Assembly: GCA_030704615.1 (NCBI GenBank)
Contig: CM060731.1
Location: forward strand, 992,001 to 1,056,000
Reading direction: 5' to 3'
Length of the DNA: 64,000 nt
From: Takakia lepidozioides
Lineage: Eukaryota; Plantae; Bryophyta
Of this stretch, positions 1 through 12,880 are shown in pieces. Positions within the stretch are counted from its first letter, which is position 1; each line of letters opens with the position of its first letter. Both the position numbers and the translations under genes were made by a program. The notes beneath the pieces are model-generated. The model made no database searches. It was given only the letters and a program-made list of their open reading frames with translations, and was not told the DNA's origin.

Positions 1-2971
1 GTTCGCAATTAAATCGGTTACATGCCTTCCCGCCGACGTCGACGGTAATATCTTCTTTGAGTTCCCTCCTCGGGCGGACTACTCGAGGGCGTCCGGAATG
101 TTGACAGATATGGATAGAAAACATGACGGTCATCCTTGGTGCGTTACCAAAACCACCAGCATGAAGATGCTGATGGTGTGCGGGTGCGCTACGTTGTTTG
201 TGCGGGGCGCGTTGCGGTGTTTCTCCCCAACTTGCTTCCACTTTAAATCCAGAGGTCACAGGAACGAGACCGATTGGACAGGCACAGCTCATCAACCATT
301 TCGAGCTCAGGAGAAGGTTCCGAACTCCACATTTAAGTGTGCGCATTGCAAAGAACCACCACACTGCATGTCTGTTTGTAATGCCAAGCAGTTCTATGTG
401 TTGCACCGTTTCCCTGACCTCACCCGAGCTTGCATACACGTTGGTTCCCATTGTCACAAATTGGCGGGGGAACTCGCGGGAGGCTGCCCACGAAGCAGAG
501 CAGCTCGTTCAGGAGGAGGTTAAGTTGAGACCGGGTGCCAAACCCAAACAGATACAGCTCCAAGCCGCCCATAAGATGGCATTGGCCAGAATTATGTCGG
601 AAGACGGCTCCGATAGAGTTCCTCTCGACGAGAAGGAAATGGAGGCATTGCTGGGAGGTGTCCCACGTATGTTCACCGAATGTCCGAAACCACATTGTCT
701 CATGCAAACAGAAAATTGGGCGTGGCTCGGATATGCACTCCATTCTGGAGGTGAAGCGACGATGTGGATATGACTACATTCATGGAAGTAGGTTTCCAGG
801 ACAAGGGACTGAGGCAGATCGTTGTTTCGTATTCAAAATGTCCACGTGTGGACCTGGCAGCGGCGTCGAACTGGTCGACAGGATGACGAGTGGGAACTTG
901 TCAAACAGTTGGGTCATGTTCGACCATATCAAGCGAATTACAAATCACCAGTGGGTGACAATGGGTGCACATGTCTACGACACCCACTGCAGGATGCTAA
1001 TGACAATTGCTATTTGTGAGATGAAAGGAGAGGACACACAATCGGAGATGCTTCTTTGGCAGGGAATAAACGAACAGATGGCCAAGGCGGGATTGCCCCC
1101 TCCCAATTTCCGTGGTTTCATGGCGGACAACGCACAAGCAAATTGGGCTGCCATCCGAAGGGTGTACGGGCAAGACCCCAATGTTCCCATGGAAGGCAAG
1201 GAGAGATCTTGTGGGTTCCATTTTCTGCAGAGCCTTTCGCAGTACACAACCAGGCTCGTGGCGCCAGATTTCAGAGAGGAGCACCGTTCCATGTGCCTTG
1301 CGTGGAAGCGCGCTCCCACCTTGGATGATGCAGAGACACAGTTTGCATGCATACGGGCTTGGTGGACATCGTCAGGTGCTGTAAGGAAATCAGACGAAGG
1401 AGCAATGGTCAGTTGGCTAGCATGGTGGCATTATCGTTTCCTCCAGTTCGGCGACTATATGCGGGAGGTGAGTTGCACGAATTCGCGTCCCGTTGGATAT
1501 TATTCTTGGCCATATTTGTAACTTGCTTGTAACCTCAACATGTGCTTGTGCAGGAAATGTGTCTCGACTCCGACACCGACATGCCCACGACAAACATGGC
1601 CGAATCAGTGCACTCTTCCTGGCGTGCCTCCTCTGCGGCGCATCTGGTGGACATCCTCACTGCCACAACGGAGGACATTGTGAGGTCAATTATGCAGCAA
1701 TGCAGGTACAACGAGTTCTTGAAAGGGAAACAGTGGGGCTTGGGGCCGGACAGGCAGGAAATGCTGATGCGGACTGCCTCCAGATCGAAGAATCCTCGGA
1801 AGTGGGCGGCGGCCTTGCGAGAGGGCCTTCGGGACACGCCATTGCTGCGAAGAGGCCAACATTTGGAAGGAGATGTTCATACCCGTCCAGTGAGACGAAG
1901 ACTTGACGAGGCACCTGGCGGAGAAGAGGATTCATGGCGAGCTGACAAGAATATTCGCACGCTCCCTCGTGGTCCGGTGATGTTGTCCGAGGAGGTCTCG
2001 TCGAGCACCGCAAGTCCTGCACGTTCAAGATCGCCATCTCCTTTGAGCACAGGGCGCGTGCCCCGGCAACATAACGAGCCATCTGTAGTAAAGCAATACA
2101 ACATTCCCATTGTGGAGACAAGAGTGTCGGAGTCACAGTGGAGAATTGCGAGGACATTGCCGGCATTTCGAGGGAAGTGTTGCGCCATCCGGGTGGATAC
2201 GAGAGCACGCTGTGGTGAGATGATTCGGAGGAACCCACACGGTGCTGTACCTGCACCTGTTTCAGCGGCAGATTTTTGACTCCCACATTTGCTCACGCCA
2301 CAACGCAGACATTTTGGTTCTGTAGGCACGACATAATGACCTGTGTATTTGGCAAGCCCAAGTACGGGATTCAGGGAATGCCGGAGCCTCCGGGCGTCTG
2401 GCCTGTTGCACCGGGTTGCAGCCTCTCTCAGAATGAGGCGGATGCTCTATCTGCAGCAGGATTTCGAATGGTGCAACGCACAGACATCCCGGCCCACGCA
2501 TTTCCGGTTCCTCAGACCCAGCCATTGCAGACTGCTCGGTCCAGTAGAGACGGATTGGACAATTCTGCACATCCCACAATGCGATTCGGAAGAGTGAAGA
2601 GACGACACCCTCCCAACAAGTTGAATGAGACTCGGATTGCCAATGCTCTTGGGATGGCTTGCACTATTCAGAGCTCCGTGGACGTACCCCCACCCGGCCT
2701 TGGGCGTGTGTATCGGATGGCAACGGCCGGCTCGGCTGTACGCGACGATGTATACACAATTACGATTGGAGTGGAGCCGACTTGCAACTGTACGGACTTC
2801 TCGTTGATGGAAGCAAAGAAGGGTTCGAAGTATTATCCGTGCAAGCATCTGTATTACATTTACCTGAAGAGGTTGAGGATGAACGTGACTATTGATGACT
2901 TTATTCATGCACCGGCGTTGAGCGTGAACGAGCTGCACAAACTCCTCCTTAGGGATTCCAGAAATCATTGA
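1..2971 (+). pseudogene. MULE-like DDE transposase with N-terminal WRKY/GCM-like Zn domain and C-terminal SWIM finger (copy 1, frameshifted, 5' end outside window)
   Basis: Motifs spread over several frames: DGHPW...HVGSHCH, WVMFDH (D1), FMADNAQANW (D2), CGFH (CxxH), TNMAESVH (E) and SWIM CNC...CKH. A phase-0 GT-AG intron at 1468-1553 joins ORF 535-1521 to ORF 1542-2279. Frame changes occur near 465, 670 and 2275. Confidence 0.8.
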
Positions 2972-3117
2972 TGGGGCAAACGGAATCCTCCATATGGATA
3001 TTTTCAAATGCATTTTGCTGTATCAGACTTTTTTTTGCAGTGTAATGAAATGCACCCCAAAACTCCTGGAATGAGGCAATATTCCATTCAAACTGAGATC
3101 CAACAGAAGCAGTTTGG

Positions 3118-3550
3118 GGCCATTTCTGGAAAAATGGCGCCGAATTCTCTTTTTGGGGCCGAAAATAAGTCCCAACATGCACTGGTACCTGTGTTTGGGA
3201 AAATGGCGCCGAATTTCTCTTTTTGGGGCCGAAAACTGGCTAAGTCCCAACATGCACTGGTACCGTGTCTGGAAAAATGGCGCCGAATTTCTCTTTTTTG
3301 GGCCGAAAACTGGCTAAGTCCAACATGCACTGGTTGTCTGGAAAAATGGCGCCGAATTTCCCTATTTTGCGCCGAAAACTGGCTAAGTCCGAACATGCAC
3401 TGGAAAAATGGCGCCGAATTACCTGTCATGAGGGGACCTATAGCCGCGGAATTCGGCACCATTTTTCGCCAGAGAGACCTATTGCCGCGAAATACGTCGC
3501 CGTTTTTTCAGGTTACGGACCCTATTACCGCGAAATTCGGCGCCATATTT
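3118..3550. repeat. Tandem array (units of roughly 50-60 bp) built on AAAATGGCGCCGAATT, 3' of MULE copy 1
   Basis: Motif at about 3131, 3200, 3274, 3343 and 3406; inverted copies (AATTCGGCRCCAT) at about 3450 and 3534. Confidence 0.9.
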
Positions 3551-3751
3551 GCACATGTCGCTGGGAATTGGCATGAGCGGAAGACGAAATATCATGAGCA
3601 CAACTGTCAAAAGTGCAATTTTCCCTTCAAGGGGCCGAATAATATATTTGTTTTTCTGACACATTGCATTAAATTATTGTTTTTTATTGTTTTTTTATTT
3701 TTATTTTCGAAATTTGTACTTCTGCTCATGAAAACCGATTGTGTTACTACT

Positions 3752-3793
3752 CTGCTCATGCCGCTCATGCCGCTCATGCCGCTCATGCTCATG
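3752..3793. repeat. 9-bp minisatellite (GCTCATGCC)n
   Basis: About 4 tandem units are visible. Confidence 0.85.
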
Positions 3794-4495
3794 AAATAGC
3801 AAACCTCCACCGACTTTAATGATTTCAGGAAGATAAGCTCGCTGCCTCTGCATCCGTGCTTCAAACAATCAAGTGTGAACCCATGGGAATATAAATTTCG
3901 ATGACATTTATTTTGGTGCAGGTTATTTTGGCTATGTCAGCAACATAATCCAGTGGGTATATAATTTGTGTGTTCGGAAATGTTGCTGCAATGTTTATCC
4001 GGCACGTCCATGTCTTGTAGTCGGCACCGACTACAAGAATTGAGTGAAAGAAGATAGATAGGGAGTCATATTTAACGGATTGCCAATAGGTGGGAATTGA
4101 AGCATGAGTTTATCTGAGGAAAGAGTTAGAGTTATTAACAAGTTCATCCAAATGGTCATGCACTTTGTAGTCGGTACAGACTACAAGGATTCCCAATATT
4201 GTCTAATGCCAGATATCCTACAACTGAACCCTATCATATTGGAGTTTAAAAAAACTTCTGGAAAATATTGCTCATCTCATTGATCGGGCCATTGTCCAGG
4301 TTCAAAAGGTACACCAAAACATACAAACGATGGTGAACCTATCATTTCCATACTATATCATTTCTTTGCTGAAGTAGCCAGAACACTGTAAACAGAATAA
4401 CGCTTGTGAGCGTGCACCCGTCCATGACCTCTGCAATCAATAAAGAGTTCATTGATTTGAGAAGACCACGGTGACCAGGGATATCTGTTGGGTCT

Positions 4496-7262
4496 CTATG
4501 GGACCCAAGGACAGGGATCACGAACTAACATACCCCTGACCTCAAATACGGTGAGAGTTGCGTGATCTATGACCTCCTGGTCTTCCCGCATCTTCAAACG
4601 GCGCGGTATAATATAATATATGTGCTTACAGTGGGTGTAAGATCCTTTTGTTTTCTTCATTTTGTCAAAATCAGGATATGTGCACTCCGGACTTCTGGAG
4701 ATGCAAACATTGTACACCTCCCCTGCTTTGGCTGATCCCGGTGTGCACAATGTGTACACACGTCCAATTCCCGGGCGAGGAACATCCTTGAATGATTGCA
4801 CCATGGCCTGCAAAGACTAAGCTAACTCCATCTTCTTACGAGCGAGAGCTGACCGTTTCTTCCGCCAGTATACTCTGTCCCATCTTTTCGTCGCGTACGT
4901 GTCCGGATCCAGGTGATTGATATCTTCCACAACACAGTCCCATTCACCTTGGGAATTTCCTATGTCCTCTGGGGGAACAAGTCAAAAGCCTGCTTTGGTC
5001 AAGGTGTCAACCTCCGCCTGACTTAGGTTCATTATAGGCCAAACGTCGGGAATATCAGGTCTGTCCAGCACATACTGGCTCGATTCGCCACCGACACAAT
5101 AGACGATGTTTGTTGGGCAGTGCCAAATCTCCATCATCTTCGGTTTCACCAGGGCAGGAGGGTGGTGGCGACCAACAAACCTTGGAGCCGGAACACCCAA
5201 ACTCAAGAGTGGCCTGATTTCCTGTTTGCATGGCTTTCCACTGTCAGAGCGCATTGCCCAGCACTTCACTCGTGATGTGTTGGAAGTTCGTGCTATGTGC
5301 CAACATGCCGTGGATACAACGGACTCCAAAATTGGCTTTTTGTTCTGAACTGGAAGGTCATCCTCCAAAGTCTCCACTGACATGTCAGCAGTGCATGTGC
5401 TCACTCTTGGTCCACTAGCACCTTCACGACGCCTCGGTGCCGTCCGGAGGTCTAAGTCAGACCTCCACGAGTGAACGGGTTCCTCCTCGTGCAAGTTGCC
5501 GAGAACAATCTTCCGTTTTGTTGTTCGAGGTAGGAGATCACCCTCGAGCCCTGGATTTCTTCCATGAAGCTCAGTGCCATCTACGAAAGACCTGACCGCT
5601 TCTACCATTTTAGCTGGATCAGACAAGCGCGATGCCGCACGGGCCAGCAGTTATGCCCGGTCGGGTCCGGAACCCTTAGCTCCACCCTTCAGATAATTAT
5701 GGTAGTCACACGATTGCATAATTGCCCTCGTCAAGTCGTTCCTGGTGGCTGTATATAGGTCGACCTTTGATACACCGCTCCCGGCCTGCCAGCTCGCATG
5801 CACGGTCTCGGACATGTTCACATTTGGCATTGCAGCGTTCTCTTCAAGCTCCAGATCCTGCAGGACACATGTCCAAGTTAGCATTGAAGCATAGTCGGTG
5901 CAGACTATTAAATAATACAGTCAATGGAGGACTGAATTGTAGACCATAACCACATAGTCGTCGCCGACTACAAGTCCGACAGGATCCGACAACCGACAAC
6001 ATCCAACCGAGAAGGCTAAAGTCAGTGCAGACTATAGGCTCCATAGACAGTGCTGGACCATTTACCTTATACAGACGAAAGGATAACGTCATAATCAACA
6101 GACTTTGTACTACAAACACAGAAACATCACTTACTATCTAATAAGCAGGCGGCAGGGACGTAGTCGGTACAGACTATAACAACACGTTCAGGTCATAGTG
6201 TACTGCGTGTACGTCATGTAGATAGTCGTTGCCGACTTTATAAGCAGTCTCATATAAAGACACCCATGTTCCAGTAACTGACCCTAAACCCTGACCCATC
6301 AAGCCATAGTCGGTACAGACTATTAGTACAGGCCAACTGCATGAACCGCTTTCCCCTTTCCGATGGCATAGTCGTTGCCGACTATGCCCACATTTTTCAT
6401 GTACCCTCATATGTGACCAAACCAATATACCACATATGGAATTACCAATCTGTGAAAATGTACCAATCCCATATAGTCGTTGCAGACTATAAGGTACATG
6501 TACCCTCTGGGTGTAAATATTATCCAGAAAAAGGTACATTTACGGATGACGGGTGCAATAGTCGTTGCAAACTATATCCTTTAAATTCATATCATGTCAC
6601 TTCTGCATATTCGACAATGTAGCAAAGCGTCGAGTGGAAGCCGTTGTACTAAAACTTATGACATGCTCATGTGAGCGGAGGAACATGCGAGTAACGCACT
6701 TGGTTGAAATATAGCCTAGCGAAAACTACACGTTCCATAGATGTAATGCTCTAGTCGGTGCCGACTATGACACTGGGTTCGTTCACGTGAGCGGCATCAC
6801 AAAAGTGCATATACAGTGTTTGGAGAAACCGAAGACTTACATTGCAAACATATGCTCCTAATTGGTAGTATCGGTATGTCCACCACGACAGCCAGCTTTC
6901 CAGCGCAGGAACGTCATCATCTCGCACGGCACCGGAGGGGGACCACCATGCACGGATCGCCACAAACGAAACCTCTGCTTCCGCCTCAGAACTTGTTGCT
7001 CTCCATTTCGTATACAACTGAATATGTGTTTTTTGAAGGTCCTGCGATATGTACTTTTTTGTCCATTTGTCCAAGCTCTGGCCCCAATGGAAGCCACATG
7101 TCCTTTCTCGATCGGGCATAGGTTCCCCCCCTCCATACACCATACGCACAACATCCCAGTTGGCATTTGCATTGTCGGCCATGAATCCTTGGAAATGTGG
7201 TTGGCCCTTCCCTGCTCTTCGCATCTGATCGTTGATGCACTCCCACATGATTACTTGTGATG
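4496..7262 (-). pseudogene. MULE-like DDE+SWIM transposase (copy 2, 5'-truncated, frameshifted)
   Basis: FMADNANANW, CGFHW, NVNMSETVH and SWIM ECTY...CKH (one Cys lost). Colinear with copy 1. Its intron (6840 to 5858, GTAAG...TGCAG) sits at the same protein position as in copy 1. Confidence 0.8.
5858..6840. repeat. 983-nt transposase intron with about 10 dispersed palindromes TAGTCG-N4-MGACTA
   Basis: Copies near 5893, 5955, 6019, 6161, 6223, 6307, 6369, 6474, 6559 and 6752. The same motif occurs 3' of the gene near 4017 and 4167. Confidence 0.9.
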
Positions 7263-8077
7263 TCACTAGAAGCATTCGTGTCTTTTCCGATTCGACTGCA
7301 TGTCCGCGACCACTCCGGGAACCACTTGGTAGTAAACGGGACTACTGGAGAGTCGAAACAGACAATGTGGGCCCACGAGGGCATTTCAGACAGCGGACAG
7401 AAGTGGGGTCAACGACTCCGGAGTCGTAGCAGAATTCCGGGCTATTTTACGAATTGCGTAAATACATAAAATTTGAAAAAGCCAAAATTACAAGTGGTTG
7501 TAATTATTGCACATGCGACTACAAATTTTCTTTCCTAATTCGATTAATGGAATAAAGATATTTATTCATTAAAATGAATATGTAGTCGACTCAACGACTC
7601 CATGAACCACTGCGCATTCATTGCACCCATGACTCGGCAGCACATTTGCTGACGTAGCTTTCACAAAAAGAGGTAAACAAAATGTGGCCTTGGGGGAATA
7701 GATATTTTAAATACGTGCTACCTCCACCTGGCAGAGACAAGGATGCAAGTGCTGCGTCGGACATGGCGGGACGTGGGAATGGAAATCCTGACACGGCAAG
7801 GCCTTCGTATACTGTGAGCGCGCGTAGTGGCTTCTCAGAACGGTGTGACATCGGGGGTCTTGGTCATTCATCATTTACAGAATGTGCTGGATGGAGGCAC
7901 GATGGAGCGCGCATACGGGCATGCCCTTCTGGCATCAATTCCCAAGTATCCACGCAAGGTGAGGCTGCTGAATTGGGTTTTTGCCCGTCTAGTTTTCTGA
8001 CAGCATGCTCGAAACGTTCATAGTGCCATTGAGTGGCATCGCAATAATTTGATGTGTAGCTGCTTTTCCATTTCACA

Positions 8078-8306
8078 AGTTATGCAGAAGGCGTCACAGA
8101 AGAAGATCGCAAAGACGTCAAGGCTGAAGAATATGCCTTTTGGTTGTGAACTACAATCATATCATGCCAAACCCCATTTTCCCCACGCAGATGAGGGAGA
8201 CATTCTGCATTTGCGAGTGGGACTTAATTCCTCTAAACCCAGCTTGAAGGCAGTTGTGACACCAGAGAAACTGGAAACTACCTCCAAGAAAGTTGAAACT
8301 CGCAAG
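8078..8306 (+). pseudogene. RPL27: 60S ribosomal protein eL27 fragment (copy 1)
   Basis: Reads SQKKIAKTSRLK...VVNYNHIMP, then about 60 nt of foreign sequence, then LKAVVTPEKLETTSKKVETRK. Frameshifted. Confidence 0.75.
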
Positions 8307-8507
8307 ATAGTCATGTATTGTCTCATTATCTCCAACTGGGATTCCGAGTTATCATCCGACCCTTTACATGTGCGCTGGAATGGAGTATAATTCTGGTTTG
8401 GACAGTTATTGCCACCAGACGTTCGTTTCTCCAATTTTTACATTTAAGGATGTGTCTGTGTTTATGGCACTCTTTCTCCCAAGGAGATCTGCTTTTCCCT
8501 TTCATAA

Positions 8508-8709
8508 ATTATGAAGAAGTAGTCACAGAAGAAGATCGCAAAGAGGTCAAGGCTGAAAGCGTTCATTAAGGTTGTGAACTACAATCATATCATGCCAAAC
8601 CAGCGGCGGCAGATGGTGTCATGAGACATTCTGCGATTTGCGCATAGGTGGACTTAATTTTGATGTTGACTTGAAGGCAGTTGTGACACCAGTGAAACTG
8701 GAAACTACA
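8508..8709 (+). pseudogene. RPL27: 60S ribosomal protein eL27 fragment (copy 2)
   Basis: Reads SQKKIAKRSRLKAFIKVVNYNHIMP, an insertion, then FDVDLKAVVTPVKLETT. Matches the eL27 signature FIKVVNYNHxMPTRYxxDVD. Confidence 0.85.
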
Positions 8710-9537
8710 GGTTAGATGATGGCGTGCTGCATCGCGACATAAACCTGCATTTGACATTCAGGCTTAGGATTCATGCAATTTGGTGCTAGTCAGGCCTGCA
8801 CAGTTCCAGAGCACAAGTGGGAGCCCATCCGAGGGATGGGGACCTCGTAAGTGCTTCTTCATTTTGTACTCACCTTGTTTTTGCATCGCACTTGTGCTAC
8901 AAGGGGCAGAGCCATTCATTTGGCTAGAGGTTCAATTCCTCTACAAGTGAGCTATTCCGTGTCACTACAATCAGTTAGATGTGTTTGTGGTGGTTGCTGG
9001 ATTTGCGGCTCTGGGTGTTTGCCAAGTGCTTGCAGGGATCAACGTTAATGTGGACGTGGCAGTACATGTAGCAAAAAAGCTCATTCGCTGGTGAAGAAGA
9101 CCATGTTGCAACATATGTCATGCTATTGCTTCGAGAAGTGCTGCTGTTTGGGCAGGTGGGGAATGCAACACGGTGAGAAGGAAAGCAAATGAAGCACAAA
9201 AGGGTGTCGTTCGGTCCTGCTCCTTTGAAGACACCCCCCATTCCACTGGTCTTTGTTCCTGGAAAGCATGCAGCTGGGCCAGAAAATGCATGCACACATT
9301 CACGTCTACTTCCCGTACATGAAGACGATTGTCTCCTCACATGTCAGAAACAATATTGGCAGAACAAAAAAAGGTTTGTTCACAAGACAGTACGGACCAC
9401 ATACCGGGACATTATCGATACTATTAACTGTCTCGCCCTTGCGCGCTTGCAGGACTGTACAAAATGGGTTCTAAGGACAGTAAGAGTCCTTAGCATAGCT
9501 CTCGTCTATGAGCTGCTGGCTTAATGGACACTGAGAT

Positions 9538-12500
9538 TCAGCTGGGCTCACTATTTGTATCCAAATAATCTTCACTACCCACATCTGCAATTTGCCTTGC
9601 GGTAATTACCAACCTTGGAATGTCTTCCTCATTAAAGGTAACTGCTCCTTCCAAAGAGACTGGTTCAGCCGTATTTGGTAGATTTTGTGGTTCCCTCAAA
9701 CCCTCGTGGTCGGCATTCTCCCCTAGGTCCAGATCATGGACGTCGGCCACGATTCGTTTGGCCCGGGGGTCCTTGTGAAGAACCACCTTCCATCCCGGCG
9801 CATGGGTGTCATCTGAAAAGAAAACTTGCTCAACTTGCGATGGAAAGATGAATGGCTCTTCATCTTGTGGTAGTATTTTTCTGAAATCAGCAAGGAGGAA
9901 CCCGTACTCATCCCGTTTCATGGTGGCATTATCTCCTACCATATTGGCTTTTACCCAAGAACAACACAAGACCATAGTCTAGTTTAAGGATCTCTTTGAT
10001 CACTCCTACATATTGCACATGGCATGAAATTGGATTCCGATCTCGTGCACAACTCCTACTCTCTTGTTCAAAAAATGATGCCACTCCGCTGTCATAAGTC
10101 ACCATGAGGCTGGTGTTGGCATCGTCCACTCTATAGTGATTGCCATATGCTTTCATTGACCGGTACGAAATGACAATCAGCCCTGGGGGGAATGACAGAC
10201 TCACCATGCCCTCATCTGGGTCCTCGTTCTCTGATGCGTACACTGCAATTGCAGATCTGACCCACACTGTAAAGGGCTGCAGCTCCTCCATTGTTGTGGG
10301 GTACTCCACCGGGGATCTGCGCCTACGACCGCCCCTCCGCCATGCTTTTGCAAATGCACTCCGTTCCGTTTTCAGGCGGACCTTCTCCGCTGTGTACTTT
10401 CTGGCAGAAACCAAATAGAAGCTGCAACTCAGTCCCCCTGACCAACACCGTGTTGTACATGCATGCCACATGCAGAGTGTGTGTCCTTTCAAGCACACTG
10501 TAGTGATGCAGCCTACTTCATAATCACTTGCAAGCAACAACCAAGATCTACGAAACACCCTCTGTAGTCGTCTAAAGCACCCTGTTAGTACACGATCCCA
10601 CTCCCATAGTGGCCGGAATGGCATGTGACAATATATATGTAATTCCAGCATACAAAGACCATTAAGAATAGCACAGGTTGGATGTGAGTTGGCACCCATT
10701 GTCTCCATGGTGTCATGGTTGTTGTGTTGTTCAGCACATAATCATGTGCCACATCCCGAAGGCGCGGGCTCATGGCACGCTTTGTTCCACCACCTTCTAG
10801 GACCTCGCCTACAACTCCTTCTTCCTCGTTCTCGTCCCACACCCGTCGTTGTATTGCATCAAATGAAGACATATACTCTGTCATGAAGCCCAGGGCTTCG
10901 TCGCGGATGTAGCCCTCCGCCATACTCCCCTCTGGCCGTGCCATGTTGCATACATACCCCTTCAGATCCTTCATGTACCTCTCCATGGGGTACATCCACC
11001 GGCTGGCTACGGGCCCACACACATGTAACTCCTCTACAAGATGCACTAGCAAGTGCGTCATGACGTCAAAGAATGATGGAGGGAATTCTTTCTCCAGCAA
11101 ACATAGGGTCATAGCCACATCCTCATGCAACGATGTAATGTCCCTCGGATCCCACACCTTCGCACAAATCTTCCTAAACACTCGACTTACACGCATTATG
11201 ACTGTTCGAGGACCTGGCGCCATCGTACCCCGAATGCACACTGGCAAAATCTGTTGCATCATCACGTGTAGATCATGTGACTTCATCCCCGACCATTTCT
11301 TGTTTATGGCATGCTTTTGGAAAGCACCCGAGAATCCGGTTGGCACTTTCATGGCTCCCAATGTCTTCAAAAAATCCTCTTGCTCTGATTTGGTCAGGAC
11401 GTATGATGCTGCTGGCATGAGCACTTTGCCTGGTCTATTTGGATCAGGCCTTAGCCACAGATGTGACCGTATCCCTTCAATCTCCATGTCCTTTCGTACG
11501 TTTATCGTATCCTTCTCCCCAAAGATAGTCTTCAGAATGTTCTCACATAAGTTCTTCTCACAATGCATGGGGTCCAGGAGGTACCGCTGCAAGAGGTTCT
11601 GGAATGCCAAATGTCCTCCCATGACACCAAGTTCTATGGGCAAAAAAGTAGAATATGTGGCAGAAGTTGTCTATGTTACTACATTCTGCTTTCAACAACT
11701 CCACGATCCTCTCCACAGTGAGGTGTACGACTTCAACATCTATTGCATAGTAGTTACACTGACTTAGGAGTTGGTGGAAGGACTCCTGACAGTAAAGGTA
11801 ATTCCAGGAATCACAATGTGAAAGAAAGTGAGTGAATGGGGGGGGGGGGATTCATGCACCTTCCAGTATGGAAAATCCCAAAGGATTGTCCGACGCTTCA
11901 CCCCGTGCTCCATGGCTGGATCCGCACTACTTCCGTCTCTCCCTCCAATCTCCATGAACGCCTCTTTCTCCTTTGCAAATTGCAATGTCTCCTCCGGTGT
12001 CACAACATTTGGTGCCATTCTCTTTTCAACACATCCATTGAAGTGCCTTCCTGCTCGTCGATAGGGGTGGTTTCTTGCAAGGTAACGTCGATGCCCCATG
12101 TATATTGTCTTCCCTAGTGGCTTTGAGTGCCGTGAATCCACATAGGGCCCACAAATGGGGCACCCTTTGTAGCCCTTCGTCTTGCAACCCGCAACAAGGC
12201 CATATGCGGGGAAATCGTGGATTGACCACATGAGTATGGCACGGAGGGTGAAACTTCGTTGCCCTACTGGTTTCAAAATGTCGTAAGCTTCAACTCCAAT
12301 CCATAGTTCTTGTAGCTCTTCAATCAATGGTTGCAAATACACATCTATGTTTGCATTTGTCATGGACTCCTTGCCTGGAATCAAGAGAGACAACATGACA
12401 AAGAATTTCTTTGTTGTCAACCATGGTGGCAGGTTGTATGCCACCAACTGCACGGGCCATGTGGACCATGTGCAACTCTTTGATCCGTATGGGTTTACTC

Positions 12501-12880
12501 CATCCGTAGATACAGCCAATCGCACATTGTGTGGGTCCTCGGCGAAATCGGGCCAAGTTGCATCTATATGCTTCCATGCAAGGGAATCTGGGACATGCCT
12601 TACCAAACCATCGTTTGAGGCATTCCTGGAATGCCAAGTCATGAGCTCACTAATGGTCTTGCATTTGTACATTCGTAATAGACGGGGGATAAGGGGAAAG
12701 TGCCTCAACACCTTGGCTGGCTGTTGTAACCTGCCCACATCATGGTATCGGGCTGCACTGCATTTGGGGCACTCCATAGCATCCTTGTACTCTCTTCTGA
12801 AAAGTACATGTCCTTTTGGACATGCATGTATTTTCACGTAGTTGAGGCCGAGCTTCCCAATCATTTGGTTGGCCATGTAA
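9538..12880 (-). mobile_element. CACTA/En-Spm Tnp2-family transposase (Transposase_21, DUF4218 and DUF4216-like regions), 5'-truncated
   Basis: KIHACPKG, LRHFPLIPRL, NVRLAVSTDGVNP, WSTWPV..YNLPPW, HDFPAYG, DPMHCEKN, MKSHD, FPPSFFDVMTHL, WMYPMERY, RPEGSMAEGY and EPFIFPSQVEQVFF. Intron at 11859 to 11599 and another from about 10695. Frameshift near 9975. Confidence 0.95.

Noticed and set aside
3008-3799. 263-aa ORF
   Set aside because: Runs through tandem repeats and AT-rich sequence with no protein-like features.
5858-6840. CRISPR array
   Set aside because: The repeats are only about 16 bp and degenerate, spacers are irregular, no cas genes are present, and the array lies in a spliceosomal intron.
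8963-8972. CACTAC as the missing left end of the outer CACTA
   Set aside because: The following bases do not match CACTACTGCAAAAAGG, no CGT TSD is adjacent, and there are no subterminal repeats.
10943-11767. 274-aa plus-strand ORF
   Set aside because: Antisense shadow of the CACTA Tnp2 exon.
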